DNA of 64,000 nucleotides from Patescibacteria group bacterium (GTDB lineage Bacteria; Patescibacteriota; Minisyncoccia; UBA6257; 2-01-FULL-56-20): NCBI GenBank assembly GCA_038063755.1, contig JBBTUL010000006.1, positions 26,910 to 90,909 of the forward strand, read 5' to 3'. Shown piece by piece: positions 27,477 to 35,715 of this stretch (position 1 is its first letter; each line of letters starts with the position of its first letter). The notes under the pieces were generated by a model. It saw only the letters and a program-made list of their open reading frames with translations, ran no database searches and was not told where the DNA came from. The position numbers and the translations under genes were made by a program.

Positions 27477-28658
27477 ATGAATCAAAAGCTCAAAGTGACC
27501 TACGGCGGATGGTATCAAAGGACCACACTCCATTTGAGCGAAATCTATGACCTGCTCGCGCGGGGTGAGTCGAATCTTAATCTTTCGAAAGAAAAACTCT
27601 TGGAGCTTCACCGCTCGTTTGATCTCGACTCGGTGACCCGCGAAGCGGGCTATCTAGAGTTTGTGCGAGCTCGGACAAAGAACAATATTGAAGTTCGGTA
27701 CTACGAAGACGGTCTCTACGTTCTCGAAGTTGAGCTCGACGCCCTGGGTGGTATAGAAAAATCGCGGAAGCTGCTCGAAGATTATTTCACCCACACCTTG
27801 AACCCGGGAATCTCGTATATCTTTTCCCTCGGTGCCCCAACCCCCAAGGTCTTGGCGAATATCAAAACGGTACACCCGGTTGTCGTAAGTGTCGTACAAA
27901 GCAACCCGAAGAGCTTCGCGCCAGATCAGGAAATATTCGGTGCCGTATACAGCACCATCAAGTCCGCGGAAATTATCGTGCACAAAACGCCGGGATATAT
28001 TTTCATCGTCTCCTCCCCCAACATGGAAAGCTCCGTAGAGGAACTCGTCGAAATGCAGATATTTTTCCGGGAATTCAAGGATCAACTCGAGAAATATTTG
28101 TATATCCACCGCACCCTCTGGGAAGAAATAACCGACATCAAAGAGCAGAAGTCGCTTCGGGGAAGCGAGATCGAACCGATCCGAGCAAAACTCGACAGCT
28201 ATCAAAAGACGATCAGCCTCATCGGCAACAGGATAAACCAGATGGGGTCCTACATCCGAACCCGCTCCTCTATCTCCAGGGGATCGAACGTGGAAGAACA
28301 TCTGCGAAAGTTGTTCGAATTCAAATTCGAAGTGCTCACCAACACGCTCGACTACATCAAGGAGGTTTGGAAGATGACCACCGACTATCTCTCCTCGGCG
28401 ATTCAGAACATCGTCGAGATCAAAAATCAGGGTGCGAGCCGAGGGATCCAGTCCCTGCAGGTGATTACGAGCATCGGGGTCGTCTCGGGAATCATCGGAT
28501 ACTTCTCGAAGAACGAGTGGCCGAAATTTACCGCCCTTGGTGCGGTCTACTTCGCACTCATCATCGCCATCACGTGGCTATTAAACTACGCCGTTTCGGC
28601 TATTTATCGAAATAGGAAATACAATCTAAGGTTTACCGAAAGAAAAACGGACCTCTGA
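27477..28658 (+). CDS. hypothetical protein with a C-terminal double TM
   Basis: 393 aa, soluble N-terminal domain, C-terminus ...ITSIGVVSGIIGYF...ALGAVYFALIIAITWLL. CorA-like topology but no GMN motif. Confidence 0.4.
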   Translation: MNQKLKVTYGGWYQRTTLHLSEIYDLLARGESNLNLSKEKLLELHRSFDLDSVTREAGYLEFVRARTKNNIEVRYYEDGLYVLEVELDALGGIEKSRKLLEDYFTHTLNPGISYIFSLGAPTPKVLANIKTVHPVVVSVVQSNPKSFAPDQEIFGAVYSTIKSAEIIVHKTPGYIFIVSSPNMESSVEELVEMQIFFREFKDQLEKYLYIHRTLWEEITDIKEQKSLRGSEIEPIRAKLDSYQKTISLIGNRINQMGSYIRTRSSISRGSNVEEHLRKLFEFKFEVLTNTLDYIKEVWKMTTDYLSSAIQNIVEIKNQGASRGIQSLQVITSIGVVSGIIGYFSKNEWPKFTALGAVYFALIIAITWLLNYAVSAIYRNRKYNLRFTERKTDL

Positions 28659-28678
28659 GTTCTCCTTATAACTAGATT

Positions 28679-29929
28679 ATGTCTTATAACTTATGCTCCA
28701 CAAAAGCTCTGGCTCGTCTAATTCCAAGCATCGTAGCTATAATTTTCATCTTGGCCACTTCCTTGGTATGGGCACAGTCGGATGGTTCGGTGCCACCGGA
28801 TTCGGGAACGACGAGCGTTCCCGCAGATCCATCTATTAAATCTCCCCTGTCGAGTGCCACTACAACAGATGCGTCCGCAGAGCCTTCCTCAAACACGAGT
28901 CCGGCGCGCGCCACGACAACCGGAAGCGGAACCCCGTCTGATGTAACAACGACCACTTCCCGACCCAAACCACCCCAAGGTACACCCACAGCAGTCCCCG
29001 TGAGTCCCGCAGGGATTCGACCGAGCACAGTTCCAACTTCAACTACGGAAGCGACCGCACAAGACACCTCCAACGCGCCGGGAAATCTTTTCTTCGGGTT
29101 TTTAGCCGCGGTAGCCGCCCTTATTCTTGGCACATATGCCGCCATCAAGTTTAAGACACACAGGAATCAAAACCAAAAGGAGGAAAAGAAGGGTTCACGT
29201 TGTCTTAACATCAAAAAACTTTTAGAGAAAAAACTCGAAGAACTTACCGACTTACGTGGCCAGATCGAGAACGCAGCAAAAGAAAAAGTCCGTGAAGGAA
29301 TTCGGGAGGGGGTAAGCGGCACCCGCACGGGCAACCTTTTGGCAAAGATCGAGAGCGCAGAAAAAGAATACGCTCGGCTCAAAAAATTACTTGAAGACTG
29401 CATCGCGAAATTTGGCGGATCAAGGCGTGTGCTGATTGTCGGGCCCTCGTTGTCAGGAAAAACCACGCTCGTTCGACATCTTCGCTCAACGACCAGCCTT
29501 CCCGTTGAAGAGATGGACGAGTTGCTGGTTGCGGCGAATAATGGCACATACCCAAAAGACGTCGCATACAGAAAGGATGTCTTAAGACCAAAAATCGTTA
29601 AAGAAGTTTTAGAGAAAGAAAATATCGTTTTTTTCACAAATACCGACTACTTTACGAAAGAAGACTTGAACACAGCCAGGGCAAAAGGATTCAAAATCGC
29701 ACAACTAACTCTCCCGCCTGAGACGATGCACAAACGGAACGCCGAGCGGATGGAAAAAGAGAGTTACGAAGACCAAAGCGAATGGTTCGGCGACATGCTT
29801 AGCTACCAAGAACAGACAAAGCACCTCGCAGATCGCGTAGTAAGCGCAGATCAGCCGCTAGAAAAGATTGTCGAAGAATTAGGCTTCGACCCAGAAAAGC
29901 TCCGGAATCGCAAGCCTGCCGATAGATAA
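28679..29929 (+). CDS. membrane-anchored P-loop NTPase with an S/T/P-rich extracytoplasmic stalk
   Basis: Signal peptide, a 120-aa Ser/Thr/Pro-rich low-complexity region, a TM (LFFGFLAAVAALILGTYAAIKF), then a cytoplasmic Walker A VLIVGPSLSGKTTLVRHL. Confidence 0.5.
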   Translation: MSYNLCSTKALARLIPSIVAIIFILATSLVWAQSDGSVPPDSGTTSVPADPSIKSPLSSATTTDASAEPSSNTSPARATTTGSGTPSDVTTTTSRPKPPQGTPTAVPVSPAGIRPSTVPTSTTEATAQDTSNAPGNLFFGFLAAVAALILGTYAAIKFKTHRNQNQKEEKKGSRCLNIKKLLEKKLEELTDLRGQIENAAKEKVREGIREGVSGTRTGNLLAKIESAEKEYARLKKLLEDCIAKFGGSRRVLIVGPSLSGKTTLVRHLRSTTSLPVEEMDELLVAANNGTYPKDVAYRKDVLRPKIVKEVLEKENIVFFTNTDYFTKEDLNTARAKGFKIAQLTLPPETMHKRNAERMEKESYEDQSEWFGDMLSYQEQTKHLADRVVSADQPLEKIVEELGFDPEKLRNRKPADR

Positions 29930-29975
29930 ATTTACGGTTATTCTCTTGTCGTCTTAAAAGCGATACCATAGCAAG

Positions 29976-31208
29976 ATGGACTACGATGTTGTCGTTGTCG
30001 GAGGAGGTGCGTCCGGAATGATGGCAGCCGGGCGAGCTGCGGAGCGCGGCAAGCGCGTGCTATTGCTTGAGAAAAACGCCGACCTAGGCTCGAAGCTCAA
30101 GATTACCGGAGGTGGACGATGCAACATCACCAACGCAGAAAAGGACGAGCGAGCGCTTTTGGCGCACTATGGCGAGGCGATGTCTTTTCTCCACTCACCG
30201 TTTTCGCAATTCGGCGTTAAAGATACTTTTTCTTTTTTCGAGTCCCGCGGACTGCCGCTCATCGTACAAGCACGCAAGAGAGCGTTTCCAAAAACCGAGC
30301 GAGCAATTGACGTATCTCGGACACTTGAAAAATACATTCGGAAGAACAAGGTTGAAGTTCGCACCAGAGCAACCGTCAAAAAGATTAAGGCATCAGACGG
30401 GCGTATCGATGCCGTGCTCGTAAACGGCAAAGACGTTACTGCGTCTTCATTCATTTTGGCCACGGGCGGCAAGTCCCACCCGGAAACCGGCTCTACCGGA
30501 GACGGCTTCGCGTGGCTTGCCGCACTTGGACACACGATCAAAGAGCCGACTCCAACCGTCGTTCCCCTTGCTGCACAAGACGAATGGATAAAAAAACTTG
30601 CGGGTGTATCCCTTCCGGCGGTACGCATTAGCTTCTTCCTCGAAAGGAAACGCGGGATTGTTCTGAACGGAGATGTGTTGTGCACACATTTCGGACTATC
30701 TGGTCCACTCATCCTGAATGCCGCTGGCAGCGTCGCGGATCTATTACACGAAGGTGCGGTTACGGCAAGCATCGACGCGCGCCCGATGGATGATATTGGC
30801 TCGCTCGACAAACAGATCACCGCGCTCTTCGATGCGCACAAGAATAAAACACTTAGGAACGTGTGGAACCAAATCGCTCCAGTCGGTACCGGACATGCGC
30901 TGCTCCCGCTCCTGAATGGCATCGACCCGGACATTAAGGTAAACGGCATCAGCAAAAAACAGCGTCGGCAGATCGTAGACCTTCTGAAAGCGCTTCCGGC
31001 AACAATCACCGGCCTCATGGGTTACGATCGTGCAGTTGTCGCCGACGGAGGACTCTCACTCAAAGAAATCGACACTCGAACCATGCGCTCGAAGCGGTAC
31101 AATAATCTTTATGTCACGGGCGACCTACTGCATATCAGCCGCCCCTCCGGCGGATACTCTCTGCAGCTGTGTTGGACTACCGGATATGTGGCAGGAAATA
31201 GCGTGTAG
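29976..31208 (+). CDS. NAD(P)/FAD-dependent oxidoreductase, HI0933/BaiN-like family
   Basis: MDYDVVVVGGGASGMMAAGRAAERG...KLKITGGGRCNITN is characteristic of the HI0933-like flavoprotein family. Confidence 0.8.
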   Translation: MDYDVVVVGGGASGMMAAGRAAERGKRVLLLEKNADLGSKLKITGGGRCNITNAEKDERALLAHYGEAMSFLHSPFSQFGVKDTFSFFESRGLPLIVQARKRAFPKTERAIDVSRTLEKYIRKNKVEVRTRATVKKIKASDGRIDAVLVNGKDVTASSFILATGGKSHPETGSTGDGFAWLAALGHTIKEPTPTVVPLAAQDEWIKKLAGVSLPAVRISFFLERKRGIVLNGDVLCTHFGLSGPLILNAAGSVADLLHEGAVTASIDARPMDDIGSLDKQITALFDAHKNKTLRNVWNQIAPVGTGHALLPLLNGIDPDIKVNGISKKQRRQIVDLLKALPATITGLMGYDRAVVADGGLSLKEIDTRTMRSKRYNNLYVTGDLLHISRPSGGYSLQLCWTTGYVAGNSV

Positions 31209-31343
31209 TGCCCCACCTCGAAAAGCGACATATATAAATATGTTCTCAAGATATCCACTGCTGGCCATCCGCCAAATCGATCCGCCGACAGCAAATAATA
31301 AAGTTGGAGAGCAAAAACACCTTTTTTTGAAATGCACTCATGG

Positions 31344-32003
31344 TCACCGCACCACATACACCCTCTTCTCCCCCGATGGCAGGGTGTATTGAAGCTCGGT
31401 CTCCGACGTCCAGCGAGGCTGATAGAACCAAAGCGGTTCAGTGGTGGATGCAATAAAGGTTCGCTCGCCCGTCAAGAGATTGTGGATATAGAGTTCGGTG
31501 CCGATACCCTCTTTTCTCCGCCTGGCTTTCTCCTCTTCGGTAATATCGGTCACACCGTACCAGACGTTCCCGGGGTGAATCGTTGTAAGTCCTCTTTCAA
31601 GGTTCAAGGCGTCGCCGCCCAAGACATCTTTGGGAGACGGGAAAAGGTCGAATTTCTTTTCTTGCATATCAATACGGATGAAGCCAAGAGTATTGGCACC
31701 GTAGCTTGTATCCGCCCAGAAGTAGCGGCTGTTCTTGGACCAACCGCCCCCAGAAAACGAAATATCTTGCACCAGGTCGGGGTTTCGTTTCTCGATGTCT
31801 TGGATCGAAAGAGTAAATGCGTCTTCGAGAGTTGCGAGGTCTTTGATGACGAGGGCGTAGTCCGGTTTTCCGAGGTAGCCACGGACGAGGGATATGTATT
31901 GCTCGTCGGGGGAGGTGCGGAATTCGGTACTGTAGTATGAGAAAAATTTCTCCTTTTTTTCATACAACAATATCAGCATTTTTTTCTCCACTATAATCAT
32001 ATC
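31344..32003 (-). CDS. hypothetical protein (possibly the 3' portion of a frameshifted gene)
   Basis: Long ORF overlapping the 3' end of 31960-32445 in another frame. The start is ambiguous. Confidence 0.3.
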   Translation of the reverse strand, partial: DMIIVEKKMLILLYEKKEKFFSYYSTEFRTSPDEQYISLVRGYLGKPDYALVIKDLATLEDAFTLSIQDIEKRNPDLVQDISFSGGGWSKNSRYFWADTSYGANTLGFIRIDMQEKKFDLFPSPKDVLGGDALNLERGLTTIHPGNVWYGVTDITEEEKARRRKEGIGTELYIHNLLTGERTFIASTTEPLWFYQPRWTSETELQYTLPSGEKRVYVVR

Positions 32004-32445
32004 TCCACAACTCGGCTCTTTGGCCCACCTGAAGCGTGCCTGGCTTCTTCGGGTCCGAGCCGAATTCCCGAATGGCATAAACACCGCACGTGTGAATTTC
32101 AAGAGGGTGGTAACTATCTCTCAGATCGGATATCAGGAATTCACCACCCTTATTTCCAGACTTCTTCTCGTAGACAGCAATCGGTACGGGAACCTCCGTT
32201 GGCGTCGTAAGTAATGGATTCACGCTTTTTGGATATTCCACATATTCCCCCTCTCCGAGACATGGACCGTGTTGTGCTAGCGTCGACGTGGATGTGGGAG
32301 GAGTGTTTCCGGTGGATGTGGCAGTGCTTGCGGGAGGTGAAGACGTCCTCGCCCTTCGTTGAGAAACAAAAACATACCATCCTGCAATAGAACCCAGGAG
32401 TACAAGGGTGGCAATAACGATAAGTGCTTTACGTTTTGTCGACAT
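31960..32445 (-). CDS. hypothetical membrane-anchored protein
   Basis: N-terminal TM (ALIVIATLVLLGSIAGWYVFV), then an S/T/P-rich segment and a small globular domain. Confidence 0.35.
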   Translation of the reverse strand: MSTKRKALIVIATLVLLGSIAGWYVFVSQRRARTSSPPASTATSTGNTPPTSTSTLAQHGPCLGEGEYVEYPKSVNPLLTTPTEVPVPIAVYEKKSGNKGGEFLISDLRDSYHPLEIHTCGVYAIREFGSDPKKPGTLQVGQRAELWRYDYSGEKNADIVV

Positions 32446-32594
32446 CTAGAGCTTATACGTAATAATAAGCGTTGGCGCGACGGTTGTCTCCCTGCTTCCA
32501 AATTCCACAAGACCCGTAGCCCCCTCGTTGGTTTTCTTCAGAATCCAGCCGTAGTTCGGAACTCCTCCGAGGAATGCCTGGACGTCACACCAGG

Positions 32595-33158
32595 CTATCG
32601 CAGAAATTTGAACGAGGAGAGGGTTTGGTTGAAGGTGTTTTCATGTTGCTTGCTGGCCCCCAAGAGCATTCTATGATCACCAAACGGAAGATTTATGCTG
32701 ATCTGCGAAATGCCCGAAAGGTCATATTCGTATCTTGTACCTTCGACACCTCCGACCACCACAATTGATGTAGTGGCACCCAGATTTCGAAAACCCAAAG
32801 ATGCTCGCGCCGCAAAATCCGGCTCTACAATATTCACGAGCATCGAAGGAACGATCGTGTTGGGAACCGCTTCTTTTGGTGCAACTCCAATTATGTTGAA
32901 CTTGCTAAACGGGCTACGGAAAGAGTTTTCCTCAAGCTTCCATCCCTCCGGGTACTGAAACTCAAAGCCGTATTCGGCGTTGCGATAGGTTTTAAATCCT
33001 GGGGTACTATTCGTCTGAGCGACAGGCAGAAAGGAGGTGGTTGAGACGGGGGACGGGTTCTGCAGAAAGAGCCGTGGAATCGGGCGCGCATAAAACAGCC
33101 AGCCGAGAACGGCCATGAACCCGACGGCTAGACACATAAGAAGATGTTTTGTACGCAT
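32595..33158 (-). CDS. hypothetical secreted/anchored protein
   Basis: N-terminal signal anchor; YRNAEYGFEFQYPEGWKLEE beta-rich domain. Confidence 0.4.
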   Translation of the reverse strand: MRTKHLLMCLAVGFMAVLGWLFYARPIPRLFLQNPSPVSTTSFLPVAQTNSTPGFKTYRNAEYGFEFQYPEGWKLEENSFRSPFSKFNIIGVAPKEAVPNTIVPSMLVNIVEPDFAARASLGFRNLGATTSIVVVGGVEGTRYEYDLSGISQISINLPFGDHRMLLGASKQHENTFNQTLSSFKFLR

Positions 33159-33178
33159 GAGAGCGTGGTCTTACCTTG

Positions 33179-35347
33179 CTATTGTACGATCCGTACCGAG
33201 TCTGACCCCTTGATAGTCGCCCCATCGGCTAATCGCCCTTCCAGGTTCGCTACAACATCACCTGATGTTAATTGTAAGGCTTCGGTTGATATTTGAACAA
33301 CGATATCTGTAAATCCATCATTGTTCATGTCCGAATAGCTTGCCATTGGCTGACCGCTTCCCCTCAGCCGAACCGAAGCATTCGCAAGCTTGATGGTCGC
33401 GGGGTTAATTTGATGCACGTCAAGCGCCGCAGAACCGAAAACCACAACCGGCACAACGCCGTTCGAGCCAAGATTGATACTGTTTGGAAGGATGCCTGGC
33501 TTAATGTCGATAATCACCGGGATAAAGGAGTTAACGGTGCCAGTTGGTGATATGGTGATCCCATATCCTTTCTGCGGGATTTGACCTATCGGCACATTCT
33601 GAGCCAACACAATAGTTTGTCCTCCAACCGAGAAATCTAAAGTATACGTCGCGGCAGGCTGGGCATTGGGAGCAGGAAGAATCTGAATGACGTAATCTCC
33701 CGTTTTCGCATCATACGAATATATCCGATCAATGGGATTACCATCCAAGCCCTTTTCTGCCTCTGAGTAATATAATCCTCCCGGCGCCTCACGAAGGTAT
33801 TCCAGGTCCGATGGGATGGTCGTGGTGGGGGTAATAGTAAAACCATCCGGATCGGTTAGGATGAGATCAACGGGGGAATGGGCTGTTGCTAAAACGGTTG
33901 GGAGGGTGGTGGGGACGACTCTCTTGAAGCTAATAAAGCCGGCAATCTGTTTCAGGTGATTTGTACTCTCTGGAATTATCCCGATGGCGGGGTTTGAAGC
34001 ACTTACGACGTTATACCCATCACCTTCACCGACATACATCGCTACGTGGTCGATAAAGTCATCTCCATTAAAATCGAAAAACATCGCATCTCCAGGTGTC
34101 AGGTTGGATTCTGTGGTTGGTATCGTGTTGCGTCGGAATTGCTCGTCTGCGCCTTCCGCCTTCACAAGGTTTTGAAAACGCGGTTTGCTTGGATCAGAAC
34201 TCCGATTGAAAGCCCACATGATGAGCCCGGAACAATCTACTCCAACCCCAACATCCACATGCCCCGCCGCTTGATTCCAGAAGCTGTAGCCGCCCTTAAT
34301 TGCTTCGGGCGCAACAAACTGATTTAAGTCATAGTCCCATCCCTTGCCACCCCAGAGATAGGCGGAATTAACCAGCGCCTTTGCCAGGCTGGCGGCATTT
34401 TGTCCTAAATTATTAATAATGAAATCCACATTCCCCGCAGTTCCGAATTCCTGCCAATCGGAAGTGCTACTTGCTACCTCATCCATAACTCTCGCACGCC
34501 AACGATAATCCCCGTTTATAAGACCTGTTGCCGTTGCGGTCGCCACGCTTCCCGGTGCAACTGGCGTGCTCGTTGCATTCGCAATACCGGAGAAAGTGCC
34601 CGTGGTGTATTCCACCTCCAAGCGCAACAAATCGGTCGAAGAAGATTGGAGCTCAGCACCAAACACAACAGAGTCCTCGGTCGTTGTCTCTCCTTCAGCA
34701 AGGACCATGATGCCATCCGATTTCGTTTGGCTTATGGATAGAAGCGAGGGTTGGTTTTGGGTTGCGCTCACAACACGGAAAGCTATCGTCCCTACCGGGA
34801 GACCACCAAGCCATTCGGTGTTGTTGTTCGGCGGGTAGATTGATGCGGCGGTAAGTTCGCTGAACACCGCGGTCGAAGTTCCGAAAGAAACCTGCGTGTA
34901 TTCTTCAAAAATAATCCATACGTAATAGGAATTTCCTTGCACCAGGTTGCCTATTTTTGAAAATGGATAGAAATGCCAATCGGTTCCGGATGCCGCTGGA
35001 ATATTTCCTTCAGTTCCCGCAATGCTGTTAGTAAACGCCTGATTTCGCGGGGATCCTGGAGCGCACTGTCCGTGATCCACCTCGATGCCAATATTTACGC
35101 CGAGTGGATCCGTGCTCGGAGGATTGCCGGCAAGGCCATGTCCCGACATGCCGTGGTATATTTCGATACCGTTTGTCTGGCCGCTTGCTAACGCCGTAAA
35201 GCGCTGGCAGAGGAATTGGTAGTATCTACTGGTTCCTCCATCGAGCACCATTCCCGCGTCTTCCTGTCCGGCGAGGGTCGCCGCGAACGCCGGAGTTAAA
35301 AAGGTGAACCAACCCAAGACCACACAAAGAGCTAGGATTTTTCTCAT
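33179..35347 (-). CDS. large secreted NlpC/P60-family cell-wall peptidase
   Basis: Signal peptide MRKILALCVVLGWFTFLTPAFA (trimmed start). NlpC/P60 core YLWGGKGWDYD...VDCSGLIMWAFNRS...HVAMYVGEGDGYNVVSAS with catalytic Cys and His. The long beta-rich C-terminal region suggests adhesin/Ig-like modules. Confidence 0.6.
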   Translation of the reverse strand: MRKILALCVVLGWFTFLTPAFAATLAGQEDAGMVLDGGTSRYYQFLCQRFTALASGQTNGIEIYHGMSGHGLAGNPPSTDPLGVNIGIEVDHGQCAPGSPRNQAFTNSIAGTEGNIPAASGTDWHFYPFSKIGNLVQGNSYYVWIIFEEYTQVSFGTSTAVFSELTAASIYPPNNNTEWLGGLPVGTIAFRVVSATQNQPSLLSISQTKSDGIMVLAEGETTTEDSVVFGAELQSSSTDLLRLEVEYTTGTFSGIANATSTPVAPGSVATATATGLINGDYRWRARVMDEVASSTSDWQEFGTAGNVDFIINNLGQNAASLAKALVNSAYLWGGKGWDYDLNQFVAPEAIKGGYSFWNQAAGHVDVGVGVDCSGLIMWAFNRSSDPSKPRFQNLVKAEGADEQFRRNTIPTTESNLTPGDAMFFDFNGDDFIDHVAMYVGEGDGYNVVSASNPAIGIIPESTNHLKQIAGFISFKRVVPTTLPTVLATAHSPVDLILTDPDGFTITPTTTIPSDLEYLREAPGGLYYSEAEKGLDGNPIDRIYSYDAKTGDYVIQILPAPNAQPAATYTLDFSVGGQTIVLAQNVPIGQIPQKGYGITISPTGTVNSFIPVIIDIKPGILPNSINLGSNGVVPVVVFGSAALDVHQINPATIKLANASVRLRGSGQPMASYSDMNNDGFTDIVVQISTEALQLTSGDVVANLEGRLADGATIKGSDSVRIVQ

Positions 35348-35433
35348 ACCAAAAGCCTGGACCCGAAAGATGAAGAAAAGATAAAATCGGATAAGACTGT
35401 AGAAACTGATCTCGGTGGGCATATACTATATCC

Positions 35434-35703
35434 ATGCCCTACTTCGTCTATATCCTCGAGTGTTCGGATGGTACGCTCTATACCGGCATCACGACGGATG
35501 TGAAGCGCAGATTCAAAGAGCATCAGGATAAGAAGGGCGGAGGCTATACGTCCGCGCATGGCGCGAAAAGGGTCGTTTATTCGGAAAAACTCCCCTCTCG
35601 TAGCGCGGCGCTCACGCGCGAGGCGGAGATCAAACGCTTATCGCGAAAGAAAAAGCTCACAATCGTACAAAATTTTGCGAAAAAATTAAAAAAGGCGGTA
35701 TAA
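35434..35703 (+). CDS. GIY-YIG domain protein (UPF0213/YhbQ-like small nuclease)
   Basis: YFVYILECSDGTLYTGITTDVKRRFKEHQ...GAKRVVYSE: GIY...YIG motifs plus the conserved Arg and Glu. 89 aa, ends 13 nt before Cys-rich paralog 2. Confidence 0.75.
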   Translation: MPYFVYILECSDGTLYTGITTDVKRRFKEHQDKKGGGYTSAHGAKRVVYSEKLPSRSAALTREAEIKRLSRKKKLTIVQNFAKKLKKAV

Positions 35704-35715
35704 TTCTGCCAACGC

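Noticed and set aside
27654-28301. 215-aa minus-strand ORF overlapping the 27477-28658 gene
   Set aside because: It is antisense to a longer ORF with a coherent C-terminal TM domain, and has Gly/Asp/Arg-rich low complexity.
30167-31018. 283-aa ORF antisense to the HI0933-like flavoprotein gene
   Set aside because: It lies entirely inside a well-supported + strand gene and has Arg/Ser/Pro-rich composition typical of antisense frames in GC-balanced coding DNA.
21347-31208. Calling the accessory array an integron
   Set aside because: The window contains no integrase and no attI, and the repeated elements were not shown to fold as attC sites. It is reported only as cassette-like organisation.
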